Positions 22,180 through 31,349 are shown, counted from the first letter of the stretch. The stretch: DNA of 64,000 nucleotides from an uncultured Alphaproteobacteria bacterium (GCA_934272785.1 CAKQSE010000004.1:10634-74633), one strand, 5' to 3'. Numbers and translations: made by a program. Notes: a model not told the origin generated them from the sequence alone.

Positions 22180-22614
22180 TTATTTGTTTTCAGCGCGCCC
22201 CATTGCACGTGCCAAAAACGCATCACGTGCGGCAACGGCGGCGTCATAGCGGTCCTTGGCCGCAAAATACGCGGTATTTTTTTCATAAAAGGCACAGTCC
22301 TTGCGCGGACATTTTTTGTCGCCTTCGGCAAAATACCGACAATTATTCTCCCTTACCAACATGGGTGTATATCTGCTCAGGTCATCTCCGCCCAACATAT
22401 TGTTCGGATACGTCAGATATACAACACACGCCTTTCTTAAAACTTCTGTTCGGGACAGTCCATCGGTCACGATACGCAACGCCTCGTGCGCCTGTTCCAT
22501 GTCACGCCCTGCTTCGAAACATTTCAATTCCAGGTCTTCCAACACGGCATTATTCTGCGCACGCTGGGCGGCACTGGTTGTCAAATAATATTTTATCTTG
22601 GCAAAAAAATTCAT
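22180..22614 (-). CDS. Cys-rich family protein, paralogue 3 (unknown function)
   Basis: ORF trimmed to ATG 22614 (GGGGGA RBS). N-terminus MNFFAKIKYYLTTSAAQRAQNN. Cys module CRYFAEGDKKCPRKDCAFYEKNTAYF. Confidence 0.7.
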   Translation of the reverse strand: MNFFAKIKYYLTTSAAQRAQNNAVLEDLELKCFEAGRDMEQAHEALRIVTDGLSRTEVLRKACVVYLTYPNNMLGGDDLSRYTPMLVRENNCRYFAEGDKKCPRKDCAFYEKNTAYFAAKDRYDAAVAARDAFLARAMGRAENK

Positions 22615-22630
22615 AATCGTCCCCCAATTG

Positions 22631-23386
22631 TTATTTTGTTTTTGTTGGCATCCAATCCTTGCCAGCAATCGCACGATATGCCGCACACGCCGCATTATAG
22701 CGGTTTAAAACATCGGCATAATGCGCATTTTTTTCGCGATATGGGCAATTGCGTTCGCATGGCGTCGCAAATTCTGTGCATTTTTCATTTAATGTAAAAC
22801 TGTGCGACGGACCATCAGAATCCAACACCGCCCAATCACCGGCCCCATAATACGCCGACACAAAGCAGCCCATTTTTACCAACGGCCCGCTGTTTGGATT
22901 GATACAAACATGTGTCGATATCGCAGATTTTGCCAACGTCAATTCATTTTCCAAATCGGCGCATTGCGCATTTAAATGTGCAATTTCTGTATTCCGTTCT
23001 TGCCGGGCACGCGCCGCCTGGGCAATACGCAACGCACAACGCTCTGGCCAGAATTCCTTTTCCTTGACCAGGGCCGTCCCATACGCACGAAACGCGTCAA
23101 AATATTTATGATTTTCACCCAGATACGGACATTCTTTATCCATGCACGGCCCCTGTATTTCTGGCTGGAACGCCGCGCAACGCGTATCCGTATTATCCAG
23201 CAAATCATCAAATATTCCGCGTGTCGCCCCAATATGCTCGCCACTGCATACCAGCGCATATTCCATATCCTTTACACGCGCCTCTTTTTCCTTGGCATCA
23301 TGGACCAACTGTTTAAAATCCGCCCTATCTTGCGCACGCTGTGTGGCATCCGTATTCAAATAATATTTAATTCTTTTCAACATCAT
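22631..23386 (-). CDS. Cys-rich family protein, paralogue 4 (two Cys modules)
   Basis: ORF trimmed to ATG 23386 (AAGGGGG RBS). N-terminus MMLKRIKYYLNTDATQRAQDR. Modules CAAFQPEIQGPCMDKECPYLGENHKYF and CTEFATPCERNCPYREKNAHYA, joined by a coiled linker LNAQCADLENEL. Confidence 0.72.
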   Translation of the reverse strand: MMLKRIKYYLNTDATQRAQDRADFKQLVHDAKEKEARVKDMEYALVCSGEHIGATRGIFDDLLDNTDTRCAAFQPEIQGPCMDKECPYLGENHKYFDAFRAYGTALVKEKEFWPERCALRIAQAARARQERNTEIAHLNAQCADLENELTLAKSAISTHVCINPNSGPLVKMGCFVSAYYGAGDWAVLDSDGPSHSFTLNEKCTEFATPCERNCPYREKNAHYADVLNRYNAACAAYRAIAGKDWMPTKTK

Positions 23387-23402
23387 TTTCGCCCCCTTGG
23401 AC

Positions 23403-24182
23403 TTAGCGTTCATTTAATGGTTTCCACTCGCGTTCTGTCATCAATCTGTATGCCTCGCACGCCTTTCTGTAACGCTCCTGAACATTGGCATAGTGTTGAT
23501 TTCGCGCATTGTAATAGCAATCGACGCGCGTGCACGGCACACGAAATTCTGGACAGTGGTCTATTCGTGACCATATCATTCCCGGGTAATCATCACTGGT
23601 GTCAAATGATTTAGAACTATACGACACATCCAAAAAACAACCTTTCTCACGTGGGGGTGTCCACTCTGGCGTAGCGAATTCATAACCGGTTATTGCCTGC
23701 CGGGCCTGTTCAAGTTCGCGATATAAATCCGCACACTGTGCGTCCAGGGTATCTATTGCTGTCTGGACCGCGGGACTGTTTGGATACTTGGCGGCCTCGA
23801 TACGTGATGCCTTTCTATCTTCCCAAAATGCTTTTACATATTCCTTGGCCTGGTCATATTCACGATACACATTGCGATACTTTACATATTCGGGATAATA
23901 CATACATGTTTTTTTCCAGCATCCACCATCACGGGAAAAAATCCAAAACCTCCTACAATGCTCATCTTCTATTTTGCCGGGCAGTATTTCGCCCCAAATC
24001 CCCGGGAAATTTTTCAAATAGCGATGAACACATCCACCGCGATGTGACAATTCGGTCTTGACCTCTTCCAGTTTTACGCGTTTTTTCTGCATATCATTCC
24101 ACAATGAGCGAAACGCCGCACGATCCGCCGCACGCATTTCTGCATCTGTTGCCAGGTAATATTTTATCGTTTTAAACAGCAT
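23403..24182 (-). CDS. Cys-rich family protein, paralogue 5 (two Cys modules)
   Basis: N-terminus MLFKTIKYYLATDAEMRAADR. Modules CRRFWIFSRDGGCWKKTCMYYPEYVKY and CPEFRVPCTRVDCYYNARNQHYA, with linker LDAQCADLYREL. GGGGGAT RBS. Confidence 0.72.
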   Translation of the reverse strand: MLFKTIKYYLATDAEMRAADRAAFRSLWNDMQKKRVKLEEVKTELSHRGGCVHRYLKNFPGIWGEILPGKIEDEHCRRFWIFSRDGGCWKKTCMYYPEYVKYRNVYREYDQAKEYVKAFWEDRKASRIEAAKYPNSPAVQTAIDTLDAQCADLYRELEQARQAITGYEFATPEWTPPREKGCFLDVSYSSKSFDTSDDYPGMIWSRIDHCPEFRVPCTRVDCYYNARNQHYANVQERYRKACEAYRLMTEREWKPLNER

Positions 24183-24211
24183 CTAAATCCCCCGTGTTTT
24201 AAACCCGATTT

Positions 24212-24559
24212 TTATTTTTGGTGTTTCTTGCCTGTTTTCCAGAAATCACGGCGCAATGCGGCATAGCATGCCATTTTTTGACGCGATTCATAATATTCCA
24301 TATTGTCGCCATACAGCGCACACTTGGAATTATCGCACGGTCTGTTATCCTTGTAGTGTTCGCAACGCTCTTTCATCCCAGACGCATCAAAACCAATACA
24401 ATGGCATTCCGGGGTGCCGCGCATCATATTTTTATATGCCAATTCCGCCCGTTGAATACTTTCTTGTTCTTTTTCCTTGATACGTTCATAGATATATTTA
24501 TCTGCGACGCGCGCGTCTTTGCTTGTTACCAGGTAATAGGTCAATTTATCAATCAGCAT
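24212..24559 (-). CDS. Cys-rich family protein, paralogue 6 (unknown function)
   Basis: N-terminus MLIDKLTYYLVTSKDARVADK. Module CEHYKDNRPCDNSKCALYGDNMEYY...FW. The ATG lies 20 nt after the lepA stop, with AAAGGAG in between. Confidence 0.7.
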   Translation of the reverse strand: MLIDKLTYYLVTSKDARVADKYIYERIKEKEQESIQRAELAYKNMMRGTPECHCIGFDASGMKERCEHYKDNRPCDNSKCALYGDNMEYYESRQKMACYAALRRDFWKTGKKHQK

Positions 24560-24579
24560 TTAAACACTCCTTTACTATG

Positions 24580-26376
24580 CTATGACACTTTCAGTGCATT
24601 GATAAATGCGCTCTGCGGGATTTCGACATTACCGAATGTCCGCATACGCTTTTTCCCCTCCTTCTGCTTCTCTAACAGCTTGCGTTTACGGGTGATATCC
24701 CCGCCATAACATTTCGCCGTAACATCCTTGCGATACGCGGCGATTGTTTCACGCGCAATAATTTTGCCACCGATTGCCGCCTGTAACGGAATCTTGAACT
24801 GGTGACGCGGAATTAAATCTTTCAGTTTTTCAACAATCTGGCGACCACGTTTTTCCGCGAAACTGCGATGGCACATAAACGACAGCGGCTCTACATTTTC
24901 ATCATTGACCAGAATCGATACCTTGACCAAATCAGACGGCTGGTATCCGTTCACGACATAGTCAAACGACGCATACCCCGACGATATAGATTTCACCCGA
25001 TCATAGAAATCAAATACAATTTCCGCCAGCGGTAATTGATATACCAAAACCGCACGATTTCCGACATAGGAAATATTTTCCTGGATTCCGCGCCGCTCTG
25101 AACACAGGGACATAATTCCACCCATGTATTTATCAGGCATCATAATCGTTGCGCGCACCCAGGGTTCTTCGATGGATTCAATCTTGGTCAATTCAGGCAT
25201 ATCCGCCGGATTTTCCAAATCAATCGTCGTGCCGTCACGCATATGCACCTTGTATAGCACACTGGGCACCGTGTTTATCAGCGTCAGATTAAATTCCCGC
25301 GCCAGGCGTTCGCTGATAATTTCCATGTGCAACAGTCCCAAGAATCCGCAGCGCAACCCGAACCCCAGCGCAGATGACTTTTCCGTTGTGAACATAAACG
25401 ACGCGTCATTCAGTGCCAACTTTTCCGCACTGTCGCGCAGGTTGGGATAATCATCAGCAGATACCGGGAAAAATGACGAAAATACAACCGGCACCGATGG
25501 CTTGAACCCCGGCAACGCGTCGGCCACATCGGCCGATTTTGCATCGGCAATCGTATCGCCCACGCGGCAATCGTGAATTGTCTTCATACCGGTAATAATA
25601 AACCCGATTTCGCCGGTATCCAGCACGGTTGTATCAACCATCTTGGGTGTAAAGTATCCGATTTTTTCAACCGTGTATTCTGCCCCCGTGGCCAAGAATT
25701 TTATCTTTTGCCCGCGTGATAATTTACCGTCAACCACACGCACCAAAATCACCACGCCCAGATAAGAATCATACCACGAATCCACCAACAGCGCGCGCGT
25801 CGGCGCATTTTCATCGCCATGTGGCGCGGGTAATTTATGAACGATTTCTTCCAATAATTCGGGAACGCCCGCCCCGGTTTTGCCCGACACACACATCGCG
25901 TTCGCGGCGTCCAATCCAATAACATCGGCAATTTGTTCACGCGTCGCCGCGACATCACTGGACGGCAAATCAATCTTGTTCAGCACCGGCAACATTTCCA
26001 AATCATTATCCAACGCCAAATACGCGTTTGCCAGTGTTTGCGCCTGGACCCCCTGGGTTGCATCAACCAGAACCAGCGCCCCCTCGCACGCGGCCAAACT
26101 GCGCGACACCTCGTAAGAAAAGTCTACGTGTCCCGGCGTATCCATCAAATTCAATTGGTATGTTTGCCCATCGCGCGCATGGTAATTCAGACGCACCGTC
26201 TGGGCCTTTATCGTAATGCCGCGTTCGCGTTCAATATCCATAGAATCCAGGACCTGGGCCTTCATCTCGCGCGATTGCAGGCCACCGGTATATTCAATCA
26301 ACCGGTCCGACAATGTCGATTTACCGTGATCAATATGGGCAACAATTGCAAAATTTCTGATGTTCTTTTGGCTCAT
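24580..26376 (-). CDS. lepA: translation elongation factor 4 (LepA)
   Basis: 598 aa with [23 protein letters not shown] and DTPGHVDF, plus the LepA C-terminal region. Confidence 0.96.
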   Translation of the reverse strand: MSQKNIRNFAIVAHIDHGKSTLSDRLIEYTGGLQSREMKAQVLDSMDIERERGITIKAQTVRLNYHARDGQTYQLNLMDTPGHVDFSYEVSRSLAACEGALVLVDATQGVQAQTLANAYLALDNDLEMLPVLNKIDLPSSDVAATREQIADVIGLDAANAMCVSGKTGAGVPELLEEIVHKLPAPHGDENAPTRALLVDSWYDSYLGVVILVRVVDGKLSRGQKIKFLATGAEYTVEKIGYFTPKMVDTTVLDTGEIGFIITGMKTIHDCRVGDTIADAKSADVADALPGFKPSVPVVFSSFFPVSADDYPNLRDSAEKLALNDASFMFTTEKSSALGFGLRCGFLGLLHMEIISERLAREFNLTLINTVPSVLYKVHMRDGTTIDLENPADMPELTKIESIEEPWVRATIMMPDKYMGGIMSLCSERRGIQENISYVGNRAVLVYQLPLAEIVFDFYDRVKSISSGYASFDYVVNGYQPSDLVKVSILVNDENVEPLSFMCHRSFAEKRGRQIVEKLKDLIPRHQFKIPLQAAIGGKIIARETIAAYRKDVTAKCYGGDITRKRKLLEKQKEGKKRMRTFGNVEIPQSAFINALKVS

Positions 26377-26409
26377 TTGCGAATGCCTTTACCTGGTCCA
26401 CTCGCGGCA

Positions 26410-26438
26410 ATGATACACCAGTATATTCGAACATGCAA
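26410..26438 (-). promoter_or_regulatory. candidate promoter upstream of lepA
   Basis: Minus strand: TTGCAT (26438-26433), 17-nt spacer, TATCAT (26415-26410). Confidence 0.3.
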
Positions 26439-26446
26439 CCTGTTTC

Positions 26447-26878
26447 TTAGCGGTTTTTCAATGTTTTTTGCATCAGCATATTATACCCGACCTGCTCAAA
26501 ACCATGCTTGGTATAAAAACTCTTGGCCTGGACCGTCGGGGCCGAATATAACTGAATCAATTCAAAATTGTTTTTACGACAAAAATCCTCGTATGCCTGT
26601 ATCAAAACCGTGCCAACGCCACTGCGACGATATATTCCGTCCACAAACAGATAGTCCACATGCATATGATTTTTGCCCAAAACCTTGTGCCCTTTGATAA
26701 AGCCCATCGGGGCATGCGCGCCATCAAACACGAACATCGTATGACCCGCCTTCTCTACCTCCTGGGCCAGGCTGTAATACAAATTCACTGCCTCGTCCGG
26801 GCGAATTTGACTCACAATATAATAGCAATCACGCAACAATGCGTCAGGAACCTGAAAAACCTGTCGTAATCCGGCCAT
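26447..26878 (-). CDS. GNAT-family N-acetyltransferase
   Basis: 143 aa with the acetyl-CoA binding pattern RRSGVGTVLIQAYEDFCRKN...FYTKHGF. Confidence 0.75.
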   Translation of the reverse strand: MAGLRQVFQVPDALLRDCYYIVSQIRPDEAVNLYYSLAQEVEKAGHTMFVFDGAHAPMGFIKGHKVLGKNHMHVDYLFVDGIYRRSGVGTVLIQAYEDFCRKNNFELIQLYSAPTVQAKSFYTKHGFEQVGYNMLMQKTLKNR

Positions 26879-26882
26879 TTTT

Positions 26883-27245
26883 TTACTCCAATTCTAAATT
26901 ATCCAGCAACGCGTCAATCCGCGCCGCGCGTTCCAATGTATCATCATACTCAAATTTTATATCAGGAACGTATTTCTGATCCATGCGCGCGGCCAGTTCA
27001 TATCGCACCATACGTGTGATTTCGTCCATACGCTTTTGCACCGCCGCCACATCAGAATTACGCGAATAGTAAAACAGACGCACAAATTGCAACCCACCAT
27101 GCGCAACCGCCCCGACCAGCGACACCCCAGATATGATTTTATCATCGCTGTAATTATCGCGCAGGATTTCCGCGACCAACGTTTGTACCTTGGACGCGAC
27201 GCGCGACGCACGATTTGAATTATTTGCTGCCTGCTTTTTTGGCAT
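26883..27245 (-). CDS. rbfA: ribosome-binding factor A
   Basis: 120 aa. RASRVASKVQTLVAEILRD......VSLVG....GLQFVRLFY and the C-terminal pattern are RbfA-like. Confidence 0.8.
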   Translation of the reverse strand: MPKKQAANNSNRASRVASKVQTLVAEILRDNYSDDKIISGVSLVGAVAHGGLQFVRLFYYSRNSDVAAVQKRMDEITRMVRYELAARMDQKYVPDIKFEYDDTLERAARIDALLDNLELE

Positions 27246-27272
27246 AATTACCCCTGTATTTGATATCTCATA

Positions 27273-27301
27273 TTGTAAATTAGTAGAAATTCCGCTATAA
27301 T
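27273..27301 (+). promoter_or_regulatory. candidate promoter for the YqaA-like gene
   Basis: TTGTAA (27273-27278), 17-nt spacer, TATAAT (27296-27301). Confidence 0.35.
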
Positions 27302-27319
27302 CAAGAAAAATTTTTACCC

Positions 27320-27910
27320 ATGGACGGTATCATCATGAAATTGGTCGATTTTGTATTAAAGCAATCTGAACACCCCATGTATTCGTGGGTCGTGTTTATT
27401 CTGACAATATGCGAGTCTATATTTTTATTCATCCCGCCCGAGGTGTTTATGACCCCGCCCATCATCGCGAACAAGCGACGCGCCGTGCCAATCGTAACGG
27501 CGGCGGCATTGGGTTCAATTGTCGGCGGCGCGATTGCGTATATGATTGGGGCATGGCTGTATGACTCGGTCGGGATGTGGCTGATAACAACATTTTCAGA
27601 CCCCGAATTGATTGAATCCACCGTCCGCCCAATGTTCACAAAATATGGCGTGCTGATAATCGTGCTGACGGCGGTAACACCAATACCGTATAAATTGCTG
27701 GCGATCTGGCTGGGCTTTATAGGATTCCCAATCTGGTTATTTTTGGGTGTATCGGCAATATTCCGCACGGCGCGATTTGCAATTGTGGGCTATCTGTTGT
27801 GGCAATTCCAAGAACGCGCAAACGCCATTGTGAAAAAGTATTTTTGGCCATTGACATTGGGCGCAATCATCGCCGCCGGCCTGGGCATCTGCCTGATATC
27901 GCTGTTTTAA
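27320..27910 (+). CDS. YqaA/DedA-related (VTT-domain) inner-membrane protein
   Basis: 196 aa and polytopic. The segment FLFIPPEVFMTPPIIANKRRAVPIVTAAALGSIVGGAIAYMIG resembles COG1238/YqaA. The start could instead be Met6 (27335). Confidence 0.65.
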   Translation: MDGIIMKLVDFVLKQSEHPMYSWVVFILTICESIFLFIPPEVFMTPPIIANKRRAVPIVTAAALGSIVGGAIAYMIGAWLYDSVGMWLITTFSDPELIESTVRPMFTKYGVLIIVLTAVTPIPYKLLAIWLGFIGFPIWLFLGVSAIFRTARFAIVGYLLWQFQERANAIVKKYFWPLTLGAIIAAGLGICLISLF

Positions 27911-28790
27911 GTGATAGAGTGATTTAGTGATAGAGTGATAAAGTAAATTCCCCTCTGGAGAGCCGGGGTGTCGTCTATGTTAGAGAGCAGAGTGTAGAGA
28001 GCAGAGAGCAATGAAAGTGTCCGCCAATGGCGGACAACTCTAATGACCTGGATCCTGGGGACACCACCCACAAAATCTGACGATTTTGCGGGGCCCGGAC
28101 AAGCCACAGGATGACGAGGTCTGAGAATTTGTGTTTATTTTACGAACATAGTTCATTTTTATGTCGCGGACTTTCTCTTGGGGGTCGCCTGCGGACTGCG
28201 TCCTTGCCGCATCCTGCGCTTCGCTTGGATTCATTCTGGGGCTTGACCCCAGAATCCAGGTAAATAGACTTGCGCGTATGCGCACTGCTATCAGTTCCCC
28301 TCTGGCCAGAGGGGTGGTGCGCAGCACCGGGGTGTCGTTTTATTGATTGCCACGCTGCGCTCGCAATGACAAGGGGTGAGTGCCCTATGGCATGAAAATT
28401 CCCCTTCGCTGGCGAAGGGGTGGCCGCCCCAGGCGGCCGGGGTAGTGGTATTATCGGTCCCTGCGGGGCAAGGGATACCGGCCTGCGCCGGTATGACGAT
28501 ATTATGTAGGTATTGTCCCATATTATGAACATTGTTCGTATTTGGGTTATTGACCGTTTCTTATGCCGTCACCCCGACGAAGGTCGGGGTCCATTGTGTT
28601 CCCTTGGCACGTCACAATTTGGTAATTAGTCCCCATAAGAAAATCCGCGATTGCTCGGATATGGCTCGCTTTTGCTCGCACTGCATAGTCCCTATTCCTG
28701 CCTGCGCAGGAATGACAAGTTTTTAAGTTTTCTATTCTAAAACTATATCACTCTGTCACTTACTCACTTTATCGTTGCCCCCTGCACTCT
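27911..28790. repeat. about 0.9-kb mosaic of short palindromic repeat modules (BIME/MITE-like), non-coding
   Basis: A chain of GC-rich hairpins (CCGCCAATGGCGG, CCCCTCTGGCCAGAGGGG, CCCCTTCGCTGGCGAAGGGG, GGCCGCCCCAGGCGGCC, CCGGCCTGCGCCGG, CCCCGACGAAGGTCGGGG, CCTGCCTGCGCAGG). Individual 20-60-bp modules recur in either orientation at 40254-40533, 43286-43579 and 59480-59628. The two ends carry inverted GTGATAGAGTGAT / ATCACTCTGTCAC motifs. Confidence 0.85.
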
Positions 28791-28821
28791 AAAACAAGAA
28801 ACGCGCCGATGGCGCGTCCTT
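28790..28821 (-). terminator. Rho-independent terminator after the last fibre gene
   Basis: CGCGCC-GAT-GGCGCG (28802-28816), followed on the minus strand by TTTCTTGTTTT. Confidence 0.6.
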
Positions 28822-29700
28822 TTATTCAATCCAAATCGCGGCATACGTTGTCGCCGTTGATGATCCAACAGGAACCTGGACATTTCCCTTGGTCACCGTG
28901 ACCTTGCCGTCTGTCTGGGTAACATTTGTTACAACCGCACCCGTGCCTGTGGACGTGCTGTCCAAGGCGTCCAACTGAGCCTTGGTTGCGAACGTTGTTC
29001 CCTTGGTAACGGTGTATTTGCCATCCGCAACGGTTACAGCCGTAACCGCATTCCCAGTCCCGGTGGTTGTCACCGAAACCGGTGCGACATCACCAGTTGC
29101 CCCAGTTATCAATATTTTGTTTTTATTAGACTCACCCTGCGACTTGTCAACAGAATTATTCCCAGCCGCAATATTCGCAATATCCCACGCGGCGGCAACT
29201 GTCGGAACCTTGGCATCTTCGGTGGCTGACGTTTCATCAATCCCCGACGCCGATGTCATTATACGAACACCACCCTTTTCTGTGGCACTGGCATCCGGCA
29301 ATGAATATTTTGTATCTGTCCCAGTTATTGTCACAACACCATTTGCAATACCGACGCTGACACTGCCTGCGCCCTTTAAATTTGTTGTCGTCAACGTTGG
29401 CTGCTTACCACCCAATGCCGTTGTAATTGCGCCACGGGTCATTGTTCCGTCGGTGCTGGTGCCTGTCGAGGTATACAACTTTGTTGTTCCGGAATAAGCC
29501 TCGGTTCCGGTGGTATACGTTGTATTTGTATCTGTGGCATTGATAACAATCTTGCCACTGTTTGTGCCCGATGTTGGATTTTCAATCGTAACATTTGTGC
29601 CGGCAACAATGTTTGTCTTGGACACAATTTCCGCACGCGCACCGGTTACAACCAACATGGCAAAAATCGAAACGGTAAAGATACTTTTAACACATCTCAT
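28822..29700 (-). CDS. fibrous surface protein 1 (Thr/Ala/Gly-rich, phage-tail-fibre-like modules)
   Basis: Start set at ATG 29700, giving the signal peptide MRCVKSIFTVSIFAMLVVTGARA (the ORF track extends to 29754). Shares with the next gene the modules GVVTITGTDTKYSLPDAS..GGV and KVPTVAAAWDIANIA. C-terminus VQVPVGSSTATTYAAIWIE. Confidence 0.7.
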   Translation of the reverse strand: MRCVKSIFTVSIFAMLVVTGARAEIVSKTNIVAGTNVTIENPTSGTNSGKIVINATDTNTTYTTGTEAYSGTTKLYTSTGTSTDGTMTRGAITTALGGKQPTLTTTNLKGAGSVSVGIANGVVTITGTDTKYSLPDASATEKGGVRIMTSASGIDETSATEDAKVPTVAAAWDIANIAAGNNSVDKSQGESNKNKILITGATGDVAPVSVTTTGTGNAVTAVTVADGKYTVTKGTTFATKAQLDALDSTSTGTGAVVTNVTQTDGKVTVTKGNVQVPVGSSTATTYAAIWIE

Positions 29701-29818
29701 AACGCTACATTCTGTATATTTAATCTCTCTGATGTATAATACCAAATTCTTCACATTGTGACAAGTCTATTTCCATGGTGCGCACAGACAAATCCGCACG
29801 CACCACAGAAATCAGACA

Positions 29819-31261
29819 TTAACGACCAATTTTTTCCCATGTATATGTTGGAACACTGTTCACAACCTTCATCGTCAGCGTGTATGTTCCATCTGTGGAT
29901 GTTGCAGATTCTGCCGGTGCAACAAACTTTGCCGCCAATGCCGTATCCAGCCCAGTAATCTTGGACGTTGCCAACGCTGGGATATCAGCCGCAGTCAGGT
30001 CAGAACCACCAGTTACCAAACCTTTCGCATCATATGTAATTTTTGTTTTGGTACCACCTGTAATTGCGGTATTGGCCACAACCGCCGCACTCGCTGTCTT
30101 CTGGGCTGCATCTGCCGCTGATTTAGCATTGGCCGCCGCAGTAGCTGCATCAGTACCCGCTTTCTTCGCATCTGCAATGGCCGCATTCGCTACCTTGTTT
30201 TGAACAGGGTTCGTGCTGGTATCACTCATTGCTGTATCAACCATTACACCACCCAGAACTTTATCTGTCGCGGCTGGCAATGTGTATTTAGTGTCCGCCG
30301 AACTAATCGTAACGACGCCAGTCGTTGCATCACGCGAAACTGTGACATTTGTTCCGTTCTTGATTAAACCCGCCGGGATATCAGCCGCAGTCAGGTCAGA
30401 ACCACCAGTTACCAAACCTTTCGCATCATATGTAATTTTTGTTTTGGTACCACCTGTAATTGCGGTATTGGCCACAACCGCCGCACTCGCTGTCTTCTGG
30501 GCTGCATCTGCCGCTGATTTAGCATTGGCCGCCGCAGTAGCTGCATCAGTACCCGCTTTCTTCGCATCTGCAATGGCCGCATTCGCTACCTTGTTTTGAA
30601 CAGGGTTCGTGCTGGTATCACTCATTGCTGTATCAACCATTACACCACCCAGAACTTTATCTGTCGCGGCTGGCAATGTGTATTTAGTGTCCGCCGAACT
30701 AATCGTCACGACGCCAGTCGATGCATTACGTGAAACCGTAACGTTTGTTCCAGCAGTAATCAATCCATCCTTGACCTTTAACGGCGTAACCGAATCCGTC
30801 GCCAATTTAGCATCTGTAACGGCCGAGTCTGCGATTTTGGCCGTGGTTACTGCATTTGCACCTATTTTATCCGCCGTGACGGCACCATTGGCAATTTTCC
30901 CATTTGTCACCGCGCTGTTTGTAATCATACCCGTTGCGATTGTTCCAGTTGTAACCGTCCCAGACGCATTAGTAATCAATGCCTTGTTTGCACCAGCGGT
31001 TCCCTGTTCCTTTTCAACCGCATTATCACCCAATGCAACATTCGCAATGTTATAAGCCGCCGCAACAGTTGGATAGCTGGTGTCATCCTTCTCGCTAAGT
31101 TGTTCGGTCGATGTTTTTTTGTTCGCCTTCACTTCCATATCATTACGAATAGCGGCGTCCTTGGTATCGACATACGCGGTTGATGCGATGTCTGCGCGGG
31201 CCGCGGGCGCCATCATAATCGCAATCAATGAAACAGCCAACAATCCAGATAATTTTTTCAT
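29819..31261 (-). CDS. fibrous surface protein 2 (contains a 132-aa perfect tandem duplication)
   Basis: Signal peptide MKKLSGLLAVSLIAIMMAPAARA, then the DIASTAYVD neck motif. TKITYDAKGLVTGGSDLTAADIPA resembles the phage tail-fibre repeat. C-terminus GTYTLTMKVVNSVPTYTWEKIGR. Confidence 0.75.
   Translation of the reverse strand: MKKLSGLLAVSLIAIMMAPAARADIASTAYVDTKDAAIRNDMEVKANKKTSTEQLSEKDDTSYPTVAAAYNIANVALGDNAVEKEQGTAGANKALITNASGTVTTGTIATGMITNSAVTNGKIANGAVTADKIGANAVTTAKIADSAVTDAKLATDSVTPLKVKDGLITAGTNVTVSRNASTGVVTISSADTKYTLPAATDKVLGGVMVDTAMSDTSTNPVQNKVANAAIADAKKAGTDAATAAANAKSAADAAQKTASAAVVANTAITGGTKTKITYDAKGLVTGGSDLTAADIPAGLIKNGTNVTVSRDATTGVVTISSADTKYTLPAATDKVLGGVMVDTAMSDTSTNPVQNKVANAAIADAKKAGTDAATAAANAKSAADAAQKTASAAVVANTAITGGTKTKITYDAKGLVTGGSDLTAADIPALATSKITGLDTALAAKFVAPAESATSTDGTYTLTMKVVNSVPTYTWEKIGR
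29979..30770. repeat. in-frame 396-bp tandem duplication inside fibre gene 2
   Basis: 29979-30310 is identical base for base to 30375-30706 (332 bp). The last roughly 64 bp of each unit diverge. The 396-bp period equals 132 codons. Confidence 0.95.
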
Positions 31262-31349
31262 AACCCTAAAACCTTTTTATTTTTTTATTTAACCACAATC
31301 CCTGAACCTGTGTCGGGGCATTCCCCGCCCCCGACACAGCATTTTTTAT

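Noticed and set aside
20337-24559. Calling the integrase plus Cys-rich array an active integrative mobile element
   Set aside because: No flanking direct repeats or att sites were found. The integrase appears to lack catalytic residues. The array seems to be read through from lepA. I therefore report it as a probable fixed relic rather than a mobile_element feature.
21357-24559. Cys-rich family as radical-SAM, ferredoxin-like or zinc-ribbon proteins
   Set aside because: The spacing C-x(6-10)-C-x(3-4)-C does not fit CX3CX2C, CX2CX2CX3C or paired CXXC motifs. A CCCH reading (a His 6-8 residues after the third Cys) holds only in three of the eight modules. Function is left open.
28140-28532. 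130-aa ORF (and neighbours 28040..28327 and 28291..28521) inside the mosaic repeat region
   Set aside because: They are made entirely of palindromic repeat units read through in frame, giving Pro/Gly/Arg-rich pseudo-peptides. They have no RBS and overlap each other on several frames. The same modules occur in both orientations elsewhere, which is incompatible with a conserved protein.
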